NCBI GenBank assembly: GCA_017409455.1 | Contig: JAFQSS010000010.1 | Coordinates: 4,696 to 68,695 of the forward strand | DNA from: Clostridia bacterium | Lineage (GTDB): Bacteria; Bacillota; Clostridia; TANB77; CAG-508 | Direction: 5' to 3' | Length of the DNA stretch: 64,000 bases | Part shown: positions 28,871-37,551 of the stretch, piece after piece | Layout: every line of letters starts with the position of its first letter | Numbering within the stretch: the stretch's first letter is position 1 | Position numbers and translations under genes: made by a program | The notes under the pieces: generated by a model | What the model was told of the DNA's origin: nothing | Database searches by the model: none | Seen by the model: the letters and a program-made list of their open reading frames with translations, nothing else

Positions 28871-28979
28871 ATCCCCTATAAAAATACAAAGAAAAAATAG
28901 GAATAATTAAGGTTAGTAAATTTAAAATATTTACTAGCCTTTTTTTGTTGCCAAAAAAAGAAAGAGAGGAAAGAAAATT

Positions 28980-29162
28980 ATGAGTGAATTATTATTTTTT
29001 ATATTAGGTTTAATTATTGGAGGATTAGTGATGACAACTTTAATGTGTTGCTTACAAATTAACAGACTAAATGAATATGAAAGATTACTTTTAATGAGAG
29101 ATAAAAACGAAGATGAAGAAGAACAGGGAACGGAGGTGGTGCAATGTCAAATCGTGGAATAA
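28980..29162 (+). CDS. small membrane protein
   Basis: 60 aa, one TM helix, GAGAGGAAAG RBS. Confidence 0.45.
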   Translation: MSELLFFILGLIIGGLVMTTLMCCLQINRLNEYERLLLMRDKNEDEEEQGTEVVQCQIVE

Positions 29163-29485
29163 GAAAACAGATTTGGTTAAATCGTGATGAAGATTTAATG
29201 CTAAAAAGAAAAGCAGAACTTGCTAATATGAATGCATCAGAATTGATACGAAGTTTAATTATGGGATATGAGCCACAAGCTAAACCTCCGATAGAATTTT
29301 ATGAGATGATAAAACAATTAAGAAAGTTAGGAAGTAATCTAAACCAAATTGCTATGAAAGCACACGGATTAGGATTTATAGATGAACTCGCTTACAAAAA
29401 GGAAGTAGAAAAAATAGATAATCTTATATTAGAAATTAAAAAACAATTTTTATTACCAAAAAAAGTAGAAGAAGAAGATTTTTAA
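29144..29485 (+). CDS. mobC: MobC-family relaxosome accessory protein
   Basis: GSNLNQIAMKAHGLG matches the MobC NLNQIA motif. Lies directly upstream of the relaxase. Confidence 0.75.
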   Translation: MSNRGIRKQIWLNRDEDLMLKRKAELANMNASELIRSLIMGYEPQAKPPIEFYEMIKQLRKLGSNLNQIAMKAHGLGFIDELAYKKEVEKIDNLILEIKKQFLLPKKVEEEDF

Positions 29486-29508
29486 AATATTTATATGGGA
29501 GGTATGAA

Positions 29509-30849
29509 ATGGCAACAACAGGAATATGGAAAATTGAAAAGAGATTAGATAATGTATTGAATTATACAACTAATGCAGAAAAGACAATGAGTGATGAAAG
29601 TTATAGAGAATTACACAATGTTATTGAATACATTGAGTCAGATTATAAAACAGAAGAACAACACTATGTTACTGGAATAAATTGTTCGCCATCTACTGCA
29701 CTTGAAGAAATGACTATAACAAAAAAAGAATATAACAAAACTGGTGGTATTTTAGCATATCACGCTTTTCAATCTTTTGCAGAGGGAGAAGTAACACCAG
29801 AACAAGCACACGAAATAGGAATTAAATTAGCAGAAGAAATGTGGGGCAATAGATTTGAAGTTGTTGTTTCTACTCACTTAAATTCAAAACATTTTCATAA
29901 TCACTTTGTTATAAACTCTGTATCATTTGCAGATGGGAAAAGGTATTACAATAAAAGAGAAACTTATGCAGAAATTCGCAGAATATCTGATGCACTTTGT
30001 GAAGAATATGGATTAAGTGTAATACAAGAAAAGCCGTGTAGAAATAGTAAAGTGAATTATCTTAAATATCAAAAAGAGTATGTAGAAAAGAATAATTACT
30101 ATACAACTGCAAAACAAGATTTAGATCGTGCGATAGCAATGGCATACAATTATGAAGATTTTGAAAAGTTAATGAAAGCAATGGACTATGAACTTATTTA
30201 TAGAGCAAATAAATTAAGTATAAAAAGGAGTCCATATAAAAAGAATATTCGCATACAAAGATACTTTGGCGAAGAATATAGTATAGATAATATTACAGAT
30301 AGAATTTCAAAAACTTATGCACCAAGAGTTCCATTTATGGAGGCTTATGGAATAAATACAAAATATTATCCTATTAACTTAAAGAAAAGACCACCTAGCA
30401 CAGGAATATATGGATTATATTTGCATTATTGTTATTTATTAAAGGTATTTCCACAAAAACATAAATATCAAAAATTACCTCCATCAATTCGTGCAGATGT
30501 TAGAAAAATGGATATGATAGCAGAAGAAGTAAGACTGCTCGTTAGTAAAGAAATAAATACTAATGAGCAGTTTTTTTCATATAAAAAAGAAATTGTAGAT
30601 AAGTATGAAGATTTAATGACTAAAAGAAGTAGGTTGTGGAATCAGCATAAGAAATCTAAAAGCAAAAATGAAAAAGAGTCAATTCATCTTCAAATTGAAG
30701 AAATAAATAAAGAATTGAATCCACTACGAAAGGAGGTGGGACTATGTGATGATATAGAAAAAAGAATACCTACTATAAGGAAAAACCTAGATAAATTTTA
30801 TTCAGAAAATGAAAGAAAGGAAGTGAGTAAAGATGAGCACATCAGGTGA
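29509..30849 (+). CDS. relaxase / mobilisation nuclease (MobA/VirD2 family)
   Basis: AYHAFQSF, VVSTHLNSKHFHNHFVINS histidine triad, 446 aa. Confidence 0.85.
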   Translation: MATTGIWKIEKRLDNVLNYTTNAEKTMSDESYRELHNVIEYIESDYKTEEQHYVTGINCSPSTALEEMTITKKEYNKTGGILAYHAFQSFAEGEVTPEQAHEIGIKLAEEMWGNRFEVVVSTHLNSKHFHNHFVINSVSFADGKRYYNKRETYAEIRRISDALCEEYGLSVIQEKPCRNSKVNYLKYQKEYVEKNNYYTTAKQDLDRAIAMAYNYEDFEKLMKAMDYELIYRANKLSIKRSPYKKNIRIQRYFGEEYSIDNITDRISKTYAPRVPFMEAYGINTKYYPINLKKRPPSTGIYGLYLHYCYLLKVFPQKHKYQKLPPSIRADVRKMDMIAEEVRLLVSKEINTNEQFFSYKKEIVDKYEDLMTKRSRLWNQHKKSKSKNEKESIHLQIEEINKELNPLRKEVGLCDDIEKRIPTIRKNLDKFYSENERKEVSKDEHIR

Positions 30850-31594
30850 TGCAGCAGAATCAATTATTAGAATGAGTTTACAAGGAATAGAAGTTGCAGC
30901 AAGAATATCTGGAAGTGGTGCAAAAAATGTTGCAGTTTTACTTTGTGCTATGCTAAAAGAACAAGAAAAAGTAAAAGGAAAAACTAAACTTGTAAATATG
31001 CTTAAATCTGGAAAAGAATTAAAAGTATTTTCAGTTAAGTATGATGATTTGAAAAAATTTACAGAAGAAGCTAAAAGATATGGGGTTTTGTTTAGTGTTT
31101 TAATTGATAAAAAACAAAAAAATCAAGATGGTATGGTAGATATTATGGTTAAGGCAGAAGATGCCGGTAAGATCAATCGTATAGTTGAAAGATTTAATTT
31201 AGCAACTATTGATACAGCAAGTATTAAAAGTGATATTCAAAAATCAAAAGAAAGCAAAGATAAAGGCATTGAAATCAAGAGTGTTGAAGAAAAACTTGTT
31301 GATGATATTTTATCAAAGCCAATAAGTAAGGAGGAAAATGAAATATCAAACCCCCAAGTGGCAAAGACAGAAAAAAGCCCTCTGTCAGAGCCTTTATTAG
31401 AGAACAAAAGAAAGTTAGAGGAGGGTGCTAAAATGGAAAAGCCTTCTGTTAGAGAAAAAATAAAAGAAATCAAAAAAGAAAGAATGGCAAAACCAGAATT
31501 AGATAAATCTAGCAAAGAAAAAGAAAAGAAATCTAAAAATAAAACTACAAAGCACAAAAATAAAAACAAAAAGAAAAAGGAAAGAGGTAGATAA
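30833..31594 (+). CDS. PcfB-family protein (DUF3801)
   Basis: N-terminal IRMSLQGIEVAARISGSGAKNVAVLL. K/E-rich tail. Confidence 0.65.
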   Translation: MSTSGDAAESIIRMSLQGIEVAARISGSGAKNVAVLLCAMLKEQEKVKGKTKLVNMLKSGKELKVFSVKYDDLKKFTEEAKRYGVLFSVLIDKKQKNQDGMVDIMVKAEDAGKINRIVERFNLATIDTASIKSDIQKSKESKDKGIEIKSVEEKLVDDILSKPISKEENEISNPQVAKTEKSPLSEPLLENKRKLEEGAKMEKPSVREKIKEIKKERMAKPELDKSSKEKEKKSKNKTTKHKNKNKKKKERGR

Positions 31595-31597
31595 TAA

Positions 31598-32476
31598 ATG
31601 AATAATATTGATGAAATTATTAAAAGTAATAACTCAAATAGTAAATCATTTGATAGAGATAGTTGGGTAAAGAAAAAACAAGAAGAAAGAACAATGGCAT
31701 ATAAGTTAATGGACGCAACTGCTGATACAATTAGTAAAGATGATAGTTTATTTAAAATGTATTTAGATATACAAGGTAGTTTCGATAAATATTCAGTTGG
31801 GAATTGTCTATTGATAACTTCACAAATGCCAAATGCTACACAAATTAAAGATTTTGAAGGTTGGAAAGAGGCAGGAACATTTATTAAGAAAAACGCAAAA
31901 AGTATAACTATATTAGAGCCGGGCGACCAATATACAAGAGCAGATGGAACAGTATCAACTTCATATAATCCTAAAAAAGTATTTGATATATCACAAACAA
32001 ATATGAAATCTAAAACTAGAAATGTGTCTATGGCAGATAAAACAAAATTAACTGCAATATTAAATGAATGCCCTGTTGATGTAAAAGTTGTTGATGATAT
32101 ATCTGGAACAACTAGACTTGCTGAATGGAATAAAGAGGATAATGTGTTATATGTTAGAAAAAATGAAGATATACACTCAACATTTGTTCAATTAGCACAA
32201 GAACTTTCAAGAGCAGGATTAGAAACAACTGGTAATACTGAATTAGATGATTTTAAATCTTCTTGTATTGCTTATATGGTATGTAAAAAACATAGTGTAG
32301 ATGTTGCTAATTATGAACTAAAAACAATACCAAACTCAATGAAAAATATGACACCATCAGAAGTTAGAAACGAATTAAGTTCTATGAGAAGTACAATGGA
32401 AGATATAAATGGTAGAATAAGTCAGCATTATGAGAAAATGGCGAAAACACAAAAAAATAAAGATTACGAAAGATAG
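31598..32476 (+). CDS. ArdC-N-like ssDNA-binding domain protein
   Basis: YSVGNCLLITSQMPNATQIKDFEGWKEAGTFIKKNAKSITILEP parallels the N-domain of the polyvalent protein (NDQILIYAQRPTATSCAEIETWNKSVGRWVNKGAKGIALI). Confidence 0.5.
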   Translation: MNNIDEIIKSNNSNSKSFDRDSWVKKKQEERTMAYKLMDATADTISKDDSLFKMYLDIQGSFDKYSVGNCLLITSQMPNATQIKDFEGWKEAGTFIKKNAKSITILEPGDQYTRADGTVSTSYNPKKVFDISQTNMKSKTRNVSMADKTKLTAILNECPVDVKVVDDISGTTRLAEWNKEDNVLYVRKNEDIHSTFVQLAQELSRAGLETTGNTELDDFKSSCIAYMVCKKHSVDVANYELKTIPNSMKNMTPSEVRNELSSMRSTMEDINGRISQHYEKMAKTQKNKDYER

Positions 32477-32487
32477 GAGGTTATTAA

Positions 32488-32679
32488 GTGATGGAAGATG
32501 AAAAAGTATTAGTTCTTGATAAATACGAATTAGGTATAGTTATAAATGCTTTAAATCAGTTTAGAAATCAACTTATACGCGAAAAGAGAATAACAGAGCC
32601 AGTTGATGAAGTATTACTGAAAGCAATTGATGCCCCAGATAAGAAAAAAGGATTTAGCAAGAAGAAAGAAGAAAGATGA
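32488..32679 (+). CDS. small ICE protein, paralogue of 12022..12168
   Basis: AGGAGG RBS. Contains KYELGIVINALNQFRNQLIREKRITEPVDEVLL. Confidence 0.6.
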   Translation: MMEDEKVLVLDKYELGIVINALNQFRNQLIREKRITEPVDEVLLKAIDAPDKKKGFSKKKEER

Positions 32680-34478
32680 ACGAAGAAGTTAATCAAATCC
32701 CGAAATGGGTATATGCCATAGGTTTGATTCCTACGATATGGTTAGCACTTTTAATTGCTCCATCTATAAGTGGTGGATTACCACAGATTATTAAGGATTT
32801 TCCTACTATAATGGAGAATCCTTTTAATATATCTTTTTGTTCAGATAGTATAAAAGTTATTTTAATATTTATTGTAATGTATGTAATGGCAATAAGTATA
32901 TATTTAGGAACAAGAAAGAATTATCGTAGGAGAGAAGAACACGGCTCTGCAAAATGGGGCAGTGCAAGTAGTGTTAATAAAAAGTATTGTCAAAATCCCA
33001 TTTCAGATAATAAGTTATTAACTCAATATGTTTCATTAGGGTTAAATGGAAAAATACACAGAAGAAATTTGAACGTATTGGTATGTGGCGGAAGTGGTTC
33101 CGGCAAAACGAGATTCTATTGTAAACCTAATATAATGCAAGCTAACACTTCTTTTGTTGTATTAGACCCAAAAGGTGAAATAGTAAGAGATACAGGACAT
33201 TTATTAGAAAAAAAAGGTTATGAAGTAAGAGTTTTAGATTTAATAAATATGGAAAAAAGTCATTGCTATAATCCGTTTGTTTATCTTAAAACTGATAATG
33301 ATGTTCAAAAATTAGTAACTAATTTATTTAAAGCAACAACACCAAAAGGGTCATCTAGCAATGATCCTTTTTGGGATACTGCTGCATCAATGTTATTATT
33401 AGCATTGATTTTTTATTTGAAGTATGAAGCACCAGAAGAAGAACAAAACTTTCCAATGGTTATGGAATTGTTAAGAGTAGGCGAAGTTCACGAAGATGAA
33501 GAAAACTATATTAGTCCATTAGATGTATTGTTTAATGAATTAGAAACAAAAGAGCCAGAGCATATAGCAGTTAAATATTATAGAGATTATCATAGTGGCT
33601 CTGCTAAAACATTAAAATCTATTCAGATAACATTAGCCTCACGATTAGAAAAGTTTAATCTTCAAACACTTGCTTCATTAACTGCTACTGATGAATTAGA
33701 CTTGCCATCATTAGGAGAAAAGAAAGTTGCTTTATTTGCACTTATTCCAGATAATGATACAAGTTTTAATTTTTTAGTAAGTATTTTATATACACAACTG
33801 TTTCAGCAGTTGTTTTTTTTAGCCGACCATAAATATGGTGGTAGCCTACCAGTTCACGTTCATTTTGTAATGGACGAATTTGCGAATGTATCATTACCAG
33901 ATGACTTTGACAAGATTTTATCTGTAATGAGGTCAAGGTCAGTATCAGTAAGCATAATATTACAAAATCTAGCCCAATTAAAAGCACTATTTGAAAAACA
34001 ATGGGAAAGTATTGTAGGAAATTGTGATGAGTTTTTATATTTAGGGGGAAATGAACAATCCACTCATAAATATGTAAGTGAACTTTTAGGGAAAGAAACT
34101 ATTGATACTAATACTTATGGAAAAAGTACAGGGCATAGTGGTAGTTATTCTACTAATTATCAAATTAGTGGTAGAGAGTTAATGACTCCTGATGAAGTAC
34201 GATTACTTGATAATAGATATGCACTTTTATTTATAAGAGGCGAAAGACCAATAATGGATTTTAAGTATGATATTTTGAAACATCCTAATGTAGCAATGAC
34301 TACTGATGGTAAGGAAAAACCTTATAAACACGGAGAAACAGAAAATGCTATTGCATCAATAGTATTTGATGAAAATATTGATAACTATGATTTCTCAAAT
34401 ATTGAAGAAATTGTAGGCGATTTTGAAATTATATCTTCAGAAGATATAGAAGAATATTTAAAAGGAAAAGGAGAATAG
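32676..34478 (+). CDS. type IV coupling protein (VirD4/TraG family)
   Basis: Two N-terminal TM helices, Walker A VCGGSGSGKT, Walker B-like FVMDEFAN. Confidence 0.88.
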   Translation: MNEEVNQIPKWVYAIGLIPTIWLALLIAPSISGGLPQIIKDFPTIMENPFNISFCSDSIKVILIFIVMYVMAISIYLGTRKNYRRREEHGSAKWGSASSVNKKYCQNPISDNKLLTQYVSLGLNGKIHRRNLNVLVCGGSGSGKTRFYCKPNIMQANTSFVVLDPKGEIVRDTGHLLEKKGYEVRVLDLINMEKSHCYNPFVYLKTDNDVQKLVTNLFKATTPKGSSSNDPFWDTAASMLLLALIFYLKYEAPEEEQNFPMVMELLRVGEVHEDEENYISPLDVLFNELETKEPEHIAVKYYRDYHSGSAKTLKSIQITLASRLEKFNLQTLASLTATDELDLPSLGEKKVALFALIPDNDTSFNFLVSILYTQLFQQLFFLADHKYGGSLPVHVHFVMDEFANVSLPDDFDKILSVMRSRSVSVSIILQNLAQLKALFEKQWESIVGNCDEFLYLGGNEQSTHKYVSELLGKETIDTNTYGKSTGHSGSYSTNYQISGRELMTPDEVRLLDNRYALLFIRGERPIMDFKYDILKHPNVAMTTDGKEKPYKHGETENAIASIVFDENIDNYDFSNIEEIVGDFEIISSEDIEEYLKGKGE

Positions 34479-34482
34479 GAAT

Positions 34483-34818
34483 ATGAAAAAAGAAACTAAA
34501 AAATTACAATTAAGTAAGAGAGGAAAAAAATTATTTAAAATGTATGCAATGGCAATTTGTATAGGTGCTTTAACAGTTGGAACAAGTATGAATGTTCTAG
34601 CTGCAGATGACCCTATGACAGTTGTAAATAATTTATCTGATTTTATCTTTGGTTTAATCAGAGCAGTAGGTATGATTATACTAGGATTTGGTATAGTTCA
34701 AGTGGGATTATCATTAAAGAGCCACGATCCTAGCCAAAGAGCAAATGGATTCTTAACATTAGCAGGTGGAATTGTAATAACATTTGCAAAAGAAATTCTT
34801 AATATGATTACAGGGTAA
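34483..34818 (+). CDS. Maff2-family membrane protein
   Basis: Signal/TM helix, then LSLKSHDPSQRANG, which is typical of Maff2 (from memory). Confidence 0.65.
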   Translation: MKKETKKLQLSKRGKKLFKMYAMAICIGALTVGTSMNVLAADDPMTVVNNLSDFIFGLIRAVGMIILGFGIVQVGLSLKSHDPSQRANGFLTLAGGIVITFAKEILNMITG

Positions 34819-34878
34819 TTATCAATGGGCAAGAATAAAAACTTGCCCTAATTTTTATTATACAAGGAGGTGTTAATA

Positions 34879-35715
34879 TTGAGTGATAATTGGGTAGTGC
34901 AGAACTTACAAAATGCACTAGATACTTGGAATTCAAAATTAAGTGAAATATGGACTTTAATAACACAAACACCAGAAACATTTAAAGGTGGTGCGATATG
35001 GAATACAATTCTTAATATTCACGGGGCAGTTCAAGCAATAGGACTTGCTTTATTAGTTTTGTTTTTTGTAGTTGGTGTAATGAAAACTTGTGGCTCGTTT
35101 GCAGAAGTTAAAAAGCCAGAACACGCATTAAAACTCTTTATTAGATTTGCGATAGCAAAAATAGTAGTAACCTATGGATTAGATTTATTGCTATCTTTAT
35201 TTAAAATAGTTCAGGGAGTTATAGGAACGATAATGAATGCATCTGGATTTGGTAGTGCAACACAGACAGTAATGCCACAAGAAATTATTACAGCAGTAGA
35301 AAGTTGTGGATTTTTTGAAAGCATACCATTATGGGCAGTAACTTTAATTGGTGGATTATTAGTAACAGTATTATCTTTTATTATGATAATGACAGTATAT
35401 GGTAGATTCTTCAAATTATACTTATATACTGCAATATCACCAATTCCATTATCTACTTTTGCAGGAGAGCCTACACAACAAGTAGGAAAGAGTTTTATTA
35501 AATCATATTGTGCAGTTTGTTTAGAGGGTGCAATAATTGTGTTGGCTTGTATTATATTTTCATTATTTGCATCTAGTCCACCAGTTGTAGATACAAGTGC
35601 AGCAGCAGTAACGCAAGTATGGAAATATATAGGCGAATTAGTATTTAATATGCTTGTATTAGTTGGAACTGTGAAAATGTCAGATAGAGTTGTAAGAGAA
35701 ATGATGGGATTATAG
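34879..35715 (+). CDS. polytopic conjugation membrane protein (CD1112/VirB6-like)
   Basis: The TTG at 34879 lies 8 nt after AAGGAGG. The GTG at 34870 overlaps the SD. Multiple TM helices. Confidence 0.6.
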   Translation: MSDNWVVQNLQNALDTWNSKLSEIWTLITQTPETFKGGAIWNTILNIHGAVQAIGLALLVLFFVVGVMKTCGSFAEVKKPEHALKLFIRFAIAKIVVTYGLDLLLSLFKIVQGVIGTIMNASGFGSATQTVMPQEIITAVESCGFFESIPLWAVTLIGGLLVTVLSFIMIMTVYGRFFKLYLYTAISPIPLSTFAGEPTQQVGKSFIKSYCAVCLEGAIIVLACIIFSLFASSPPVVDTSAAAVTQVWKYIGELVFNMLVLVGTVKMSDRVVREMMGL

Positions 35716-35732
35716 GAAAGGAATGAATTATT

Positions 35733-36947
35733 ATGTTAGATTTTATAGAAAAAGAAAAATTAAGAATAGAAGATTTTTTAAAAAATAGTGAAGAACATCA
35801 AGATAAAAAAATACAATATATTTTGTATAAGGAAGATACGAAAGAAACAAATATTTTGGCTATTAATGAAGAGGGAACATTAGCGATAGAATTTACCCCA
35901 ATTACAAAAGAGAGCAAAGAAGGATATTGGGATGTTCCGGGATGGGACTTTAATTATGATTATTATATGTATAATCTTTTAGAAGAAAATTGGGAAATTG
36001 CTTATATTACACCAAATATTCATTATGATATTTGGAATTCAATAAATGAATTATATCCAGAAGATATAGATTATAAAGATGGAGTTCAAAAGTATTTAAA
36101 ATATTGCAAAGAAAATAATATTACAAAAGAATATTTAGATAAAGAAATGGAGAGTGTAATTCCAAATGCTAATACACCAGATATTATGAAATATTTAGAT
36201 GATTTAGAAGTTAGTGATACTTTTGAATATAAAGGTTATTTTATACAAGTAGATGATTATAATCTTGATAATGAAGATGAGAATATAATTCAAATATATG
36301 AAAATGAGCAAAGTTATATAGATGGCGAAAATATTGAAAGTGTTTCATTAAGTAAGTATGGATTAAGACAAAATATAAAAGATTATATAGATGAAACTTA
36401 TTTTCAACCAGAAATAGAACAAAGGCATAATGAATGTAAGGTGTATATGCCAAGTGAAAAAGCATATTTATGTTTTATTTTAGGTTATGATTTCTTACAA
36501 GATATGTTAAAAAAATCTGGCACACCAGAGTGTGATATAAATTATGATTTTTGTAATTATTTATCAGAACAATTTTTACAAAGCGAAGAATATAAAGATC
36601 CTAGACATTCAACTTATGAAATGTTGGAACAATGGATTACTGAAAACAAAGAACAAATAAAAGAAGATTATATTCAGTTCATTGAAAAAGGAATTGATGG
36701 TATAGAAGAACAACAAGAAGTTTTAAAAGTAAAAATTATAGGTATTGATAATTGGGATAGACCTGTATATCAAGATGAAAAAGGTAAATTATACAAAGAT
36801 GTTAACTTAGGAACAGGTTGTTTATCGTTATGTACTGCAACTAATAATCAATTTTATGGAGAGCCAGATATTCCAATAGCAGATAATATAAAAGTAGAAG
36901 TTGTTAAGAATTTTAGTAAAAATAAGAATAAAGATATGGAAAGGTAG
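35733..36947 (+). CDS. hypothetical acidic ICE protein
   Basis: 404 aa, D/E/Y-rich, no TM helix. No family recognised. Confidence 0.5.
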   Translation: MLDFIEKEKLRIEDFLKNSEEHQDKKIQYILYKEDTKETNILAINEEGTLAIEFTPITKESKEGYWDVPGWDFNYDYYMYNLLEENWEIAYITPNIHYDIWNSINELYPEDIDYKDGVQKYLKYCKENNITKEYLDKEMESVIPNANTPDIMKYLDDLEVSDTFEYKGYFIQVDDYNLDNEDENIIQIYENEQSYIDGENIESVSLSKYGLRQNIKDYIDETYFQPEIEQRHNECKVYMPSEKAYLCFILGYDFLQDMLKKSGTPECDINYDFCNYLSEQFLQSEEYKDPRHSTYEMLEQWITENKEQIKEDYIQFIEKGIDGIEEQQEVLKVKIIGIDNWDRPVYQDEKGKLYKDVNLGTGCLSLCTATNNQFYGEPDIPIADNIKVEVVKNFSKNKNKDMER

Positions 36948-36955
36948 TGATTTAA

Positions 36956-37177
36956 TTGGAAGAAAAAGAAAGCGTAAAGGCTTTATTTAATACAAAAATT
37001 GCTAGTGATATGCAATACAATGGTAAAATTGTTACTATTCTTGATTATATAAAAGGTAAGGATATTTATTGTGATAGATATGTTGTTAAATTTCCAGATG
37101 GAACTATAAAAGATAATATTATGAGTTGTGAACTCAATTTTAATTATAAACAAAAAAATAGAGAAAGGAGTAGATAA
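36956..37177 (+). CDS. hypothetical small protein
   Basis: TTG start coupled to the upstream stop, 73 aa. Confidence 0.45.
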   Translation: MEEKESVKALFNTKIASDMQYNGKIVTILDYIKGKDIYCDRYVVKFPDGTIKDNIMSCELNFNYKQKNRERSR

Positions 37178-37179
37178 AA

Positions 37180-37551
37180 ATGGAAGTCAAGATAAATAGA
37201 GAAATAAGAGATTATACAGAAAGTATATTTTTTGGACTGTCAATGCGACAGTTCTTTTTTTCTGTAATGGCTTGTGGAGTAGCAGTGCTACTCTATTTTT
37301 TATTAAAAGGAAAGTTTGGAATTGAAACATTATCTTGGGTATGTATTTTAGGTGCTGCACCTTTTGCTGCACTTGGATTTATAACATACAACGGAATGAC
37401 TGCTGAAAAGTTTATTTATGCTTGGATTAAATCAGAGTTTTTAATTCCTAAACATTTAACTTTTAAACCAACAAATTATTACTATGAATTATTAAAAGAC
37501 AAAATTGAAAAGGAGGATTTAAAGAATGAAAACATTGAAAATGTTGTTTAA
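37180..37551 (+). CDS. PrgI-family T4SS membrane protein (VirB3-like)
   Basis: Two TM helices. Lies directly upstream of, and overlapping, the VirB4 ATPase. Confidence 0.65.
   Translation: MEVKINREIRDYTESIFFGLSMRQFFFSVMACGVAVLLYFLLKGKFGIETLSWVCILGAAPFAALGFITYNGMTAEKFIYAWIKSEFLIPKHLTFKPTNYYYELLKDKIEKEDLKNENIENVV

Noticed and set aside
34870-34878. GTG at 34870 as the start of the VirB6-like gene
   Set aside because: The GTG is part of the AAGGAGGTG Shine-Dalgarno itself. The TTG at 34879, with 8-nt spacing, is more plausible.
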